Positions 17,779 to 33,122 of a stretch of DNA of 64,000 nucleotides are shown in pieces. The stretch lies in assembly GCF_009914755.1 (NCBI RefSeq), contig NC_060937.1, one strand, 5' to 3'. The notes below the pieces were generated by a model, which saw nothing but the letters and a program-made list of their open reading frames with translations, was not told the origin of the DNA and ran no database searches. A program made the translations under genes and the position numbers. Position 1 is the stretch's first letter, and every line of letters begins with the position of its first letter. Source of the stretch: the human T2T-CHM13v2.0 reference genome, Homo sapiens.

Positions 17779-18678
17779 GTTTTCAAACTTATAGAAAAGG
17801 AACAGAATTAGTATAGAGGGTTCTCGTGTAACCATACTGACCATTTTAATAAACATTTGAAGTATTTAGTTCATTATTCTCTCACCTGTTTTATTAACTT
17901 TTTGAGAGTAGGTATGAGTATCATAATTGCAATAGGTTTGAAGTGGACTTTTAAAAGAGAATGTCATTTCTCCTAAGAAGAAAAATAATACATAGTTAAA
18001 AAATTTAAGAAAAGCAGAGACTTGGAAGATAAGCTATTTTGGTGAATATATGTCTCAGTCAACAAAACACAATACAGCATTTAACTTGAAATTAAGCCTA
18101 CACACCACAATATTTCAGCTAAATTTTTGGCTAAAAACCTGTGAGATACTTCTCTTTGCTTCTAAGTACTGTAACAAGTAAATATTTTTCTACGTACGTC
18201 AGTGAAAGATCTCTAACTTCAAGAGACAAATAGCTTTGTCCACACCATTTCTCTCATTTGTTTGATAAGAGACAGAAATTTGTTAAGATGTTCAAATGGG
18301 TAAAATTTTCTTGTGTGCAAAAGTGAAAGATTAAAATACCCACACCACATTGTATACATAGCTCTTTATTGACATCAACTATTCTTTAGTCACTATGTTA
18401 CTAGGGATCCCGAATCCCTTTCTTTCTCCTTTATCTTTCAAATACAGCAAAGTATCTTGCACAATAGTGGCACCTGAGCTGATGAACTTGGCTAAGCCTA
18501 GTCCATGGGTGGCCATTCAAGGTCAGGTGTTAAACTATAGCTCGTGGGTTGTATCTGGTCTGTTGCCTGTTTTTGTACGGTGGGTCTAGAAAATTAGGAA
18601 TAGTTTTTACATTTTTGAAACCTATAAAATATTAACTTAGTAAATAATATTTTGTGACATACAAATATATATCCGTAA

Positions 18679-19495
<817 letters not shown>

Positions 19496-19689
19496 TGTAA
19501 ATAAGGTTTTATTGGAACACACCATTCCATTCACTTATATACCATCTTTGGCTTCATTGAACTAGAATGGTAGAGTTGAGTAGTTGTGACAAAAAAGGTT
19601 TGTCACACAAATCCTAAAATATTTGCATCTGGCCTTTTGCAGAAAAACTTGTTGACATCTGCTCAAGGAATGCAAGGTGACCTGCTCTC

Positions 19690-20012
19690 TCTTTTTTTGT
19701 TTTGTTTTGTTTTGTTTTTGTTTGAGACAGAGCCTTGCTCTGCCCCCAGGCTGGTGTGTGGAGTACAGTGGTGTGATCTTGGCACACCACAACCTCCACC
19801 TCCCTGGTTCAAACAATTCTCCTGCCTCAACCTCCTGAGTAGCTGGGACTACAGGCGCATGCCGCCACACCCAGCAAGTTTCTTTCTATTTTTAGTAGAG
19901 ACAGGGTTTCACCGTGTTGCCCAGGCTGGTTCCAAACTCCTAGCTCAGGCAATCTGCCCGCCTCACCCTCCCAAAATGCTAGGATTACAGGCGTGAGCCA
20001 CTGCACCCGGCC
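19690..20012 (-). mobile_element. AluS
   Basis: Full dimer; TSD gacctg...ctctttttt. Confidence 0.92.
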
Positions 20013-20862
20013 GACCTGTCCTCTTTTTTAGTTTTGAAACAATGGACAGTGATCATGGTGCTCAAATGTAAGTGTTTGTTGTAGTTTTTAATGCTGGAAG
20101 GCCACTTCCCGCTCGTCTTTTGGTTAAGTATTACAGGTTGCACAAGTTAGAAAATGTGGAAATGAACTGCTCTCCATGACATTTCTTCCTCTCCCTTGGG
20201 AATTGAATGGCCTAAGTCTTTTTCTACAATTCCCTTCCAGTAATTTTTTTTCAAGCCTAACTTTTTCCTAGAGGAACAAAAAAATGTTCATCTGGAAAAT
20301 GGCCAAAGCATCTTAGCTGAAAGGCTGGGTTCTCCAAGGGTCACATGGCCCACTTCGCCCTTCAAGTTTTCATTCACTGGGAACAGATGAGTGCAAACCT
20401 CATAGTAGTTCTCAACCTTCCTAGGGGCATTTGGAAATATTTAGAGGTGCTTTAAAATTTTTTCTTAAAAACATGGGAACCAGCTATCAGAATTTTAATA
20501 GGTAAATACCAGACGTATGAAACATCATGCAATGCATATTACAGTGAACAATTATCCTTTCAAAAAATTCAAGGGTACACACATTGAGAAATACTGTTTT
20601 AGAGGATAAAAGACAAAACAAAACAAAACCCAAAGCAAAACAAAAACTTTTATTGCCTCCCATCTCTCAAGACAATCAGAAAGGACTTGGTGCCCATCTG
20701 ACTCATCAACTACAGGCCACAAGTAAAATAATAACACCCAGATGATGACAAGTGTCCAAACATCCCAGCCACATGGAATTTTCCTGCTGCCTTTTGGGAA
20801 CAAGTTTTATATTCTTTACTATTTTTTCCCCACAGGTAAATGTAATTTAAAACTATGTTCAT

Positions 20863-21164
20863 GGCCGGGCGCGGTGGATCATGCCTGTAATCCCAGCACT
20901 TTGGGAGGCCGAGGGGGGTGGCTCACCTGAGGTCAGAAGTTTGAGACCAGCCTGGCCAACATGGTGAAACCTCATTTCTACTAAAAATACAAAAATGAGT
21001 CAGGCATGGTGGCGGGCGCCTGTAGTCCCAGCTACTTGGGAGGCTGAGTAGGAGAATCGCTTGAACCGGGAAGGGGAGGTTGCAGTGAGCTGGGATTGTG
21101 CCACTGCACTCCAGCCTGGGCGACAGAGCCAGACTCCATCTCAAAAAAACAAAACAAAACAAAA
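20863..21164 (+). mobile_element. AluSx-like
   Basis: Full dimer, (AAAAC)n tail, TSD aaaactat(g/a)ttc. Confidence 0.93.
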
Positions 21165-21189
21165 CTATATTCTATCGCGATATTTTTAA

Positions 21190-21558
<369 letters not shown>

Positions 21559-24500
21559 TAATTTGACCCATATTAAAATAATCTCCAAATGGCATCAAAA
21601 TGAAAACCATGACCTTTAAGGTTTTACTCCTATTTCTATATATTTTCTGAGGTGGACCATTTGACTTCAGCCAATGGCTAGGAGGTACACAGCTTTGTAG
21701 ATTTTGGCCCTCACAGTGGTAAACTGAGGGCTTAGTTAAATTGGTGCACATGATTTTTTATACTCAATATTAGAATTTACCAATAATTTCCCACTCTCAA
21801 CATAGTAGCCCAGTATTAGACCTACTGACCTCCTGGATTAAAGCCAGGTATTTTAATAGTTTATATAATTAAAAGAATTTCCAGATTTTAAATATGAGTT
21901 GATAAAACAAACCCACAATGGATGAAGGTAGTCATAATTTTAATAAGTTGGTATGTTACGGTTTCACTCTGTAAAATATTACCTGAGAGCTACAGATACT
22001 ATGTAGGTCTTGAATCTCTAATTAATTCACCAACTACTACCAGTTTTTTTCTGTATATTCATGTGACATATATTATGACTCAATTTTAAATATACTTTTC
22101 ACTTTCCTAAACTCGTAAAGGCAAATGTTATTATGCCTATGGTTATTTTTACCTAAAATAAAACAGCAGTTCTTTGGGCAGATTATGGGAAAGTCAGACT
22201 GAGTAGAAAACAAACTCTTGATTCATTTAGTTATCTTAAGCCAGAGTGGAAAGGTTGCGATTAGATTCTTAGAATGCCTGGCCCACCCTGGGGCAGAGTT
22301 GTCTATCTCCCAAGAACACTTGTCAGGCTTCCACCATCCAATCCATTTCAATGTTTGCCTCTATAATATAGTCTTATTAATGTTTGGAAGGCCTCCAAGA
22401 AATTCAGGCAAACTTTATGCAAACATAAATTTCTGTTAGAGCATACTTTTACCCTGATGACTAGGGAGTGGCTAGGTGTCATCCACCTTCCTATCATGGG
22501 AAGGTTTCATGTCTTTAGGCATAGCAGGTAAACGCCAAAATCCCAATCATTTTGGTTTGGGAATCTCACAGGATCTCGAAGCACCATACTCACTTTAGTG
22601 CATGCTTCCTTCACAATCACTATCTTGTTTATGCACCCGTTTGTCTGCCTCCTGGGATTATACCATCTGCTTTGAGGGGACATACACATTTTTCATTGTG
22701 AATACTTTCCTATGCTATAATATGTATTTTTATGGGTTATTACAATTCCGATTTTAGTTTGTTAGGTATTTGTTATACACAGAAAATTGTCCTGTACAAA
22801 CCTTGACATGAGGCCCTAATCATTAGAATACCAGTGGCAAGACCAATATCCGTATAAATAAGGATCATGACTGTTTATAGTGCTGGACCCCTGATACATG
22901 CCAAAAATGTGTTTTTACACAGTGAGACTAGGTCCTTTAATTCTCTTTTATAAAGACTCACTTGAGACCAAGAAAGGAAGACTGAAAACAAAATATTACC
23001 TTTGAATTAAAAGTTGAGGAGCCATCTGCAAATCACTCAGCAACTCTAATGCCTAAGGGCAAACCACCTACGAGAGGAGCTTCCAGGATTCTCATAAGAC
23101 TCTTTTCTGTTGGTACAGATTTTTCTTTCCTAGAATATTTCTCTAGTAAAGCAGCCAAAGTTCTAACAAGAAGTAAAATTTTATTGGTGTTGGTCTTTGT
23201 CTCAATCTACCCATAGCACTTCCATTAAAGGGGGTCTGGTGTGTCCATCCCACCTTATGGCAATGAAATAACTTTCTTCAAGAAAGTCTAAGTAAGCATC
23301 TAAGAGCTGACATTTAAATGCAGAATTCTATTTTAAAGCTCAGAGACCAATATCATCAATACTGCTCAGGGACCTGCCACAGGCTGCATGTAGTTATATT
23401 GGCAAGAAAAGAAACCTATAGGGTCGCATTTGATCTTGGGAATAAACACCAAGAAAAATGTATGCATGAAACCTGTCTATGAGGCTCTCCTGGCACTGAG
23501 ATTTTGGGGTTCCATGCAACTGTTTATGCACTTTGATTAATAGTTATCTTATGAAAACTCTATAATCTAATACCTAGATACATGATATGTAATCTTCAGA
23601 AACAAACCATGCTATTTTTTCCCTCCTTTCTATATTTGCCTCCAAAAAACAACTATACTCCCAAAGAATGCTTTACGTGGGAATCTCTGATTTTCCCCTG
23701 TTGAACAATTCATTTGTTTTCAAGTATTAAATCAATAAGTGAGCTAATAGCCTCAGTTGCATTTCTTTTCTAAATCTTTCTGATCATTATACCATCTAGG
23801 CAATGAATTATGTTAACATTAAATTATGTTAGACTATACTATATTAAGTTCTAACATTTAGATTTTGCCATAATTAATAAAAGTATTAATTAATTAAGTA
23901 TTCCTGTGGCAGAGGAAATAAAAGATGAATTGCTGTCTCTAAGAAGTAAAATTTCTATTGAAGACTGAAATATACTATCCTAAAAATCATTATGGTCAGT
24001 GATGACATACCAACAAAGTGGGTTTTAATAAAGAGTTACAAATATTAAACAAACAAAAGCACACTGAGTTTATAGAACTTGTACCACTTCATCTAGTTTT
24101 CTATAATACTCAGGGAATGTTCATGATTATGTATCTCTTTCACAGGCTATGATAATGAGTTAAAAGAAGAAGTTTTGGAACATGCTATTACTTAGTTCCT
24201 TCACTCTGCAATTATAGTTGTAACTTTGCTTGAATCTTGTTGCAAAGAAAAGAGAATAACAAATGACTTTTTGGAGCAGGGAGCTCCTGAAATTTCAACT
24301 CTGCACGTCCCCTTATCAGTCTATTTATGCGCTTGCTATTGAAGAAGGACCTTATCCTTTCCCCAAGATAAACACTACTCAGCTCTAAAGACGCACATAA
24401 AGGAGTTAAAATTACTTCCAGAAATGTCTTTCTCCACTGTATTCAAGTTGTGCTGTTAGTACAATTCAGCGGCCTCCTGACTTTCAGTGAGCTGTGTCAG

Positions 24501-24953
24501 GCTACTATGATGGCCACCAGCACAGGATTCTTGCCCCTTTTGTCAGTTACCAAATACAAGAAGAAAGAAAGGTGTGGTGGTGTGTAATCTGGTGTTCCCA
24601 CCAGCAGCGACCATCTGCAGCCAATGGAAATGTGAGGAAAAGGAGGAGGCCTAGCTTTCAAACCCCAAATCCCACAAGTGCTATAAACCTTCAAGAGAGG
24701 AATTCAACTCTTCTTGTCAAAGAAATAGGACAGAGTAAAAAAAGTAAGGGAAGAAAAAAAAATTCCTAAGCTTTTTTTCCCTGCTAATTTTCTATTCTAC
24801 AGTCCTCAGTTTCCCTGAGCATTTGAGCTTATAGTAGCTTTGAACTATATTATGAAGGAAAGCTTAGGACTTATTTCCCTCATTGAACAAAGTGACTTTG
24901 GGTCATAATGCAATCAATTAATTTTTAAATTTGCCCTTTTATAACCATATTAC

Positions 24954-25720
24954 TGAGAGGTGAAGCCAGCTGGACTTCCTGGGTTGAGTGGGGACTTGGA
25001 GAACTTTTCTGTCTAGCCAGAGGATTATAAACGCACCAATCAGCACTCTATATGTAGCTAAAGGATTGTAAACACACCAATCAGCACTCTGTAAAAACGA
25101 ACCAATCCGTGCTCTGTGTCTAGCTAAAGGATTGTAAACTTACCAATCAGCACTCTGTAAAAACGCAGCAATCAGCGCTCTGTGTTTAGCCAAAGGAATG
25201 TAAACACACCAATCAGCACTCTGTAAAAATGCACCAATCAGCACTCTGTTGAACTAAAGGATTGTAAACACACCACTCAGCACTCTGTAAAATGGACCAA
25301 TCAGTGCTCTGTAAAATGGACCAATCAGCGCTCTGTAAAATGAACCAATCAGCAGGACGTGGGGAGGGCCAAATAAGGGAATAAAAGCTGGCCACCCCAG
25401 CCAGAAGCAGCACCCAGCTGAGGTCCCCTTCCATGCTGTGGAAGCTTTGTTCTTTTGCTCTTCACAATAAGTCTTGCTGCTGCTCACTCTTTGGGTCTGC
25501 ACCATGTTTAAGAGCTCTAAGACTCGCCATGAAGGTCCAAGATTTCATTCTTGAAGTCAGTGAGACCACAAACCCACCAGAAGGAAGAAACTCCGGACAC
25601 ATCGAAAGGAACAAACTCCATACCTACCATCTTTAAGAGCTGTAACACTCACTGCCAAGGTCCACGGCTCCATTCTTGAAGTTAGCAAGACCAAGAACCC
25701 ACCGGAAGGAACCAACCACA
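24954..25720 (+). mobile_element. LTR12 (ERV9; LTR12F-like) solo LTR
   Basis: Starts tgagaggtgaagccagctggacttcctggg; tandem ccaatcagcactctg repeats; U5 repeats ttcttgaagt.ag..agacca. Confidence 0.92.
25030..25390 (+). promoter_or_regulatory. LTR12 U3 enhancer/promoter: CCAAT (NF-Y) array, GC-rich box and TATA-like aataaaag
   Basis: 9 exact CCAAT plus 2 variants, then ggacgtggggagggcc and gggaataaaagc (~25380). Confidence 0.7.
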
Positions 25721-27699
25721 TTTTCATTGCCATATTGTATTACCCTCCAGTTAATATATATATACACACACACAATAAGCAATCAAAATATCAAGAGATT
25801 TAGAGGTCAGCATTATCACTTGCTCCTACTTTCTATTACATATAATATTCAAATATCACTATAGAAATTTTAGCCCTCTGCTTGAGTCATGAATTACCTT
25901 TTCATACACCAAAATATAGTAATTTTGAAGAAGCAAATGAAAATGGTTTTTTCTAGAACTAAGCTGCTGCTTCAAAGTGAGAAGATTATTTGCAGTATTA
26001 TATATCCTATGCTGGAAAAGATCTGATTGATAATGATATCGAATTTCAGCTTCATGATATCATTTCAGGGAGTCTTAATTTACAGGTACTACTTTATTCT
26101 TGGAATTGGCATTGAAAAATAAGTTTGCCTATTTCAATTGGGCTCTTTCTGAAATTGCTTAGAAACAGTTACTGAAATGGAGTTAGGACTCCAAAATTTT
26201 AATAGGGAAAAAAAGCCTGAGAAAGATGCAAAAAGAAGTATGATTGGGTAGGGGTTACTGTCAGACTGCAATGCATACTTGAACCAATCTTTCCAAATGA
26301 AGAAGGAGGCCCAGAGAAGGACTGCTCACTAGAGGAGTCCCAAGTAGGGTAGAAATGACTGGTTTGTTTTTTTATCCACTGCCTTGCTCTTTTATGGGCT
26401 ACAGTTTGTCACAAGAAGAGCATAGCCTTAGCTTACAATCCAAATTGGACACTGAGTTAACAGTTAACTGCATTTCTTGCAAGAGAGCATTAAGTTTTCT
26501 TCTGAAAGGAGGTTTGAGCTGAGCATTTACATGTCTGAGAGTAAACCTGCAACAAGGAGATTTGTGAAAAGAATTACAGTCCCATCTTTGCATTTGGTCT
26601 TGGGACTGCAAATAATACTCATCATTTTCTTTCCCACTATTCATTCTAAATTATTCTCTCCTTAGCTACCACTTCTTCCAGTCCCTGTAGTTTGCCTGAT
26701 AGTTTGACCTAAACCCTTATTTCAGAGGCATCTGAATAACTGATAACCTTTCTCCAGAATTAGTTATTGCAGGTGTTCATTTACAGTCACAGTTGGCAAA
26801 GATATACCAAGAGATAAAAGAGATTTTTGCCTGAATTTAACATATGCACCTCTGTGCCACTTCTGAGTAAATACAGAGAGTTACCTTTGCCTAATCAGGG
26901 TCAACTACCTCTGTTGAGATGAATACTCCCCTTATTGCATATTGGTCCCTGGACATAAGGAGCCCAAAGTTTCTAGCCAGCAGCCATAGCTTTTAAGTCA
27001 AGGAAACCTGATCTGTCCCAAGGTAAGAGTTCACACTCTGAGGATCAGAGTTACAGGGACAGGAAGTACAAGTCCCTTAGTGAGTCAATAGAAGTGATAA
27101 GTTGGCCAAGTTTGCCCCTGCCCTCAGTTTCCCCAACACACGTATTCTTTCTATAGGAGACAAAGTACCCTTTGATGCAATGCTCTCTAGTTTTATGTGT
27201 ACACTATGCCCTGGAGGATGGCAACCAATATTTACATGCTATTTCCTCCAAGATGACACTTCAGTGTGTCTTTGAAACATACCATTCTAATACTCTATTA
27301 TTCTAATACTTCTAGACAGAGCTGCTGGTGGTAGGGGTATGTGATATGATCAATAGATCCCATGGTCATAGGACCATCCAGTATCTTCTACACTGTTGAA
27401 TTGATTTCCCGTTTAAATGTTGTGCTTGAGAATCAGATTTGTAAGTTCCTTCAAGGAGTGCTAGCTGAAGCTCTGTGGGTAGCAAAGGCAAAATTATAGC
27501 TGAAATTGTGGTCTATTCCTGTAAGAACAAATTGAGATACTTCCCATCACGGCCAGTTCATCTCTTCGAGTAGTAACATCTAACTGGGGCTGTTAGTCTA
27601 TGTTGCTGACAGGTTGCACTATCAAAAGCAGAAGTAGCTAGATCAGTAAGGGCAAGTGGTCCATGTTGTTGGAATAATGCATAACTTGATTATCTGAAA

Positions 27700-28540
27700 C
27701 CATGATGCCACAAAATTCTTAATAATTTTCTCTTGGAACTTGTGTTTTGTAACTGAAGTCCGATGAGACAGTACAACGTACAAGTAAGCATAGGAGATAT
27801 GCACAGTATCTGAGTCCACCACAATTCTCAATAGTGCATTTATATGTAGTGTTCATGATGAGTCACGAAAACAAAATTTTGTGGATTGGTAATGTGTGGG
27901 AGCTTAAGGAGGCCCAAAGCAGTGAGGACAAGGAAAGCATGTTATGTCTGCTACTCAGTAAGCACAGGTGTTGATGCCCCTGAATCATCGTGTTCAAGCC
28001 AGAATTTGCTTTGCTGACAGAATAGCAATAACATCATGGATTGTGTTGTTCAAAAAATATGTTGAAGTATTAACTTCCAGTACCTGAGAATGTTAACTTA
28101 TTTAGAGGTAAGGTTAAAATCCTGACCTCCAGAACTATGAGACAATGTGTTGCTGCTGCTTAAGCCACATAGTTTGTGGTACTTTATTACATCAGCCCTA
28201 GGAAACTAATTCAGATGATGTAAGAAACATGAAAGCACAGGGAACACTATTAAATGTTTTCTTTCCTGTATTACCTCCCTGTATTACTTCTGCATAGTTG
28301 TCAACCTCTAATGCTGGAAATGGCTACACAGGAAGGAAAAGAAAAACAAAGTAACCCATAGTTTCTTTTCCTTTAGTTCTTTCTTGTTTCTCAGTAAAAG
28401 GCAGAATGTTGATATAATGTGCAAATATCAAAAAGGGAAAAAAAGAGTTAAGTCAGATTGGGTAGCATGTCCAGTGTTCTAGCAAGAACAAAATAAATAT
28501 GCAAGTATGAAATATAAGTTGTTTATTAATTGCACTCTGG
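27700..28540. mobile_element. MER45B/R-like hAT-Tip100 transposon, interrupted by MLT1
   Basis: aaattcttaataattttctcttggaacttgtgttttgtaactgaagtccgatg matches recalled MER45 sequence. Confidence 0.65.
28035..28212 (+). mobile_element. MLT1 LTR, internally deleted
   Basis: tatgttgaagt...ctgacctccagaactatgagacaa...ttaagccac...gtttgtggtacttt...gccctaggaaactaat. Confidence 0.75.
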
Positions 28541-29700
28541 TTTTTATTATCCATCTGTGGGGTATTGATGCAACTGAGATATAAACATCAGATTCCATTA
28601 TTTTCTTATTTATTATTTTATGCATACATTATAGATGCCTCAGTCATCACACCAGTTAATGCAACCTCCTACATTGACAAATTTTTCCAGGAAGACAAGT
28701 CAATTTTTTTTTTCCATTTGGATCTTCACCTTATGCTAGAGGGTGGGTCTGCCCTCCTGAAGACACAAGATGAGACCCTAATGCTCTAGTAGTCAGCAAG
28801 TGATCTCATCTAACTACTTCCTCTCCTGGACCATTCCCAGCATCGATATGGTGGTTGGGTTCTGAGACAGATTTAGGAAGGCAAAAAGGATTATTTGGGT
28901 TATAATCCCAAAGAAAAGAAAAGCGTCAAAGCTTGATTGGGCAGGGCAGCCATCAAATTAGAAACAGTCCTGACAAAATCTTTTCCCTGAGAAAAGAATA
29001 TATTGGCTAAGAAGCTGAAGCAGACCCTGAGGCAGCTAATCATTGTGTTCAAAGCTGGGCAGAGAGTCTTTCCCAAAAAAGTATTTAAGCAAAAAAAGCT
29101 GTGTTTTCCACATTACCTACTTTTTCTATCAACATTTCAAAAGGAAATTTGTAAGTATTAAATATTATATTGCAGTAATAACCGGAAGTTTACCTTTTTG
29201 AGAAAAGTTCCCATCCACCTTAGCAGTTCTTACTTAAAAAAATGGTTAGTAGTCTCAATTCTTCTTGCTAGCAGAGAAGAGACAAACTTAATAGGTCAAG
29301 AAATCTTTAAGTCTTTGAAGGAGAATGGTGTCTTGGAATAAAAAAAAAACTAATTTTAATGAGAATATCACATATATTCTCATTAAAAATCTATCTTAGA
29401 TCTAAATTGGTGTTTTCATCAAATGCTAGGAGAAGTGTGGTAGCTGTTATCAGAATTACAGTGAGATTCTAGATTTTTTGCATAACGAGTGTAGAGTATA
29501 TAAACTCAATATATTTTTGCTAAATTAATTAGGATTGGGAAAATACATTGTGGAACAAGTAAAACATTGTCAGAACTCAATGCAATACAAAATTAATTTC
29601 TCCTTTTTTTCATAACTCTTTAAGCTAATTAAGTCCTTGTCCACCAAAGACAGGAAGCCCTCTAGTCCAACTTCCTTTCATCTATTAGAATTACCTCTAC

Positions 29701-30030
29701 ACAATGCTGGAGGTTGGGCCTGGTCAGAGGTGATTGGATCATGGAAGTGAATTTTCCCTTTGGTGTTGTTCTCATGATAGTGAGTTATCATGAGATCTGG
29801 TTGTTTAAAAATGTGTAGCACCTCCCACTCCTCTCTCTTTCTCTTGCTCCTGCCATGTAAGACATGCCTGCTTCCCCTTCACCTTCTGCCATGATTGTAA
29901 GTTTCCTGAGGCCTTCCAAGCCATGCTTCCTGTAGAGCCTGTGGAACTGTGAGTCAATGAAACCTCTTTTCTTTATACATTACCCAGTGTCAGGTATTTC
30001 TTTATAGCAGTGCAAGAGCAGACTAATACC
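29701..30030 (+). mobile_element. MSTA-like MaLR LTR, 5'-truncated
   Basis: gaggtgattggatcatgg...ccatgattgtaagtttcctgaggcc...ttacccagtgtcaggtatttctttatagcagtg...actaatac. Confidence 0.88.
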
Positions 30031-30676
30031 CTGAAGGACAGGATTTATACATGATTGCAAAACTGAAATAATTATTAGTTACTTCACTGGCTATCAGTAT
30101 AGAAGTGTGCTAGAACACTGAGGAAATTTTACATTTCTCATTACCATAGAAATCAGAAATACATGGCCGAATTACAATATTTATTATGGTGTACCATGAG
30201 ATGTGATGCAGTAAGTGCTATTAAACAAAATAGAATATCATACATGCAATTTGTTGATCTGTTAAGGACATGTTAAGTTTAAAATATAATAGTGTATTTA
30301 ATAGCCCTAAACAATATTATTGAGATTTTTAACTTATATGGTCCTTTAAACAATATACTGTCTGTATCAGCTTCATTTTACCTTTGGTGTACCATTGGTC
30401 TTTCCCTAAAGAGAGTACAATGACTAAAACCCAGATTGTGATTTATCTTTCTGCAAGAACCTGTCCCATGCATTTTGCAGCTTTTCTTGTAAAGTAGATC
30501 GATTATCTATCTGGCGGTACTCAGTTTTCAGCCTTACATGGATGTGTTGGAGGCCAAATTGCATGTGCCTTCTTTACACTGGGCAGGTGCTCTCCAATGG
30601 ACTTAGTTGTCAGCATTGTTTCTTATAAACAGCTTGTAAGAACTCCTTGTAATGTTGAGTTTATACGTTCTGAACA

Positions 30677-30981
<305 letters not shown>

Positions 30982-31698
30982 TGAACATTATTTTAATAGC
31001 TATAGAACTATAAGCAATGGATGTGCCATGATTTATCTCATAAATCCTTTTAGATTGACTTTAGTATTGATTGGATGTATGTTTTTTCTGTTGTAGAGTT
31101 GTATCAAATAACTCTGGACAAAATATTCACCCATTTCTTAAACATCCACCCATTTCGTAAACATTTCTTGTGATGAACTCTTAAACTAGATGTAGAATTG
31201 CTGGATCAGAATAGACTTAGAGATTTTAGAAACACTTTAGTCTTTCGGATCGTCATCAGGCCCATGAAAGCATCCTGTATTTTTCGTTTGCACTATGTTA
31301 AGCCAAACACTGACCACTGCATATGTAAAAACAAATTTTAAAACATAATTGGTCAAAAATTGTGTAGTAGTTAATTTTCATTGTAGAAAAAAATAAAATA
31401 AAGAAAAATTTAAAGGAAAAATAAATGTACATATATGTTTGAGAATTTTATAAATGAGGAAAAAAAATTAAAAAATTGTCCTGTGGAATATGTGGACCTA
31501 TTACTAAAAATAGCTTCTCAAAACGTTGTTAGCACCTCCTAGTTCTCTCTCTTTCTTATTACTCACCATCTGCAACCTTGTCCTTACAGAGTTTTTTACA
31601 GTAATGTCATGCTTATGTTTACAGATCTCAGCCTCACATCCTCAATAGAACATTCCCAACCCTCTTCACAGTGTACACACAGGCACTCTCTCTTTGTT

Positions 31699-31740
31699 AC
31701 ACACACACACACACACACACAGACACACACACACACACAC
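31699..31740. repeat. (CA)n microsatellite
   Basis: About 20 CA units with one interruption. Confidence 0.95.
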
Positions 31741-32547
31741 CCTTTCCCTTATTCGGGGGTGAGGGGAACAAGAAGAAGCTATGAGGCCCCAATCTAAAAT
31801 GATAAAGAATACTGCTCCATTATGCAGTATATATATTATGTATTAGTTTGCTCGGTTGTTCCACATTTTTGCCTTTAAATCATATATTTCTCTAACATTT
31901 TAGTTGCTAAGTTTAAAGCCATGGTTTATTCTATGTATAATGGGATAAAAGTCCTTATTAGTAGGTCTTTAATACGCATCTATATGTGTGTTATTTCAGG
32001 GGAATTTGAAAGGCAGGCTTTCTTCCTCAATAAGTCTTCCCCAAATCTCCATGTGTCTTAATTTAATTTCTTTAAATCGCATTTTGGAGTGCAGTTTTTA
32101 TTGGTTTTAAATTGTAAATACCTCTGGATTGGTAACAACTTTGTCACAATACTTGGAATGAGAAATTTATAACAGCCCTGTCCTGCTTGTGAAAAATATG
32201 TAGAAACTCCCCAAATTAAGAGGACTCAGGTTAATCATATTTAATATATATGCTAAATTTATATAAGTATAACTATGTGTATATAACATATTGGTAAGCA
32301 TAATTATTTGAACACTTTTAAAGCTCAGATGTTAAGATATGAATACTTCATTTGCTTAAGTTTACAGGATTACTCTGAGGAGTAATCCTATAAAATAAGT
32401 AACACTGTTATCACCATTGGGTAGATGAAGCTTAGGAGAGAGAATTGGAGTAAAGCCATTCGACCAATAAAGGTTAGAGCTGAAATTGAAATCTAAGCTT
32501 AGTCGACTACTGTGACTAAAATTTTAAGTACAAGAGAAAGCATATAA

Positions 32548-33122
<575 letters not shown>

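Larger units (their letters stand above)
26130..29112 (-). mobile_element. Ancient ERVL provirus relic (LTR16-type LTRs with ERV3-16A3-like internal sequence), deleted and interrupted
   Basis: Two mutually similar degenerate LTRs (~26130-26578 and ~28849-29112); PPT-like gatgggac-TGTA and PBS-like ...gctgggaatggtcc on minus strand. Confidence 0.55.

Noticed and set aside
19585-19608. Hairpin tgtgacaaa...tttgtcaca
   Set aside because: Short, and inside a MER58 DNA-transposon fossil where internal symmetry is unremarkable
24300-24375. GATA motif cluster upstream of LTR12
   Set aside because: Only two canonical WGATAR sites, which is expected by chance in AT-rich DNA
25030-25350. CRISPR-like or novel tandem repeat; repetitive ORFs 25213..25505
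   Set aside because: These are the normal U3 CCAAT repeats of LTR12
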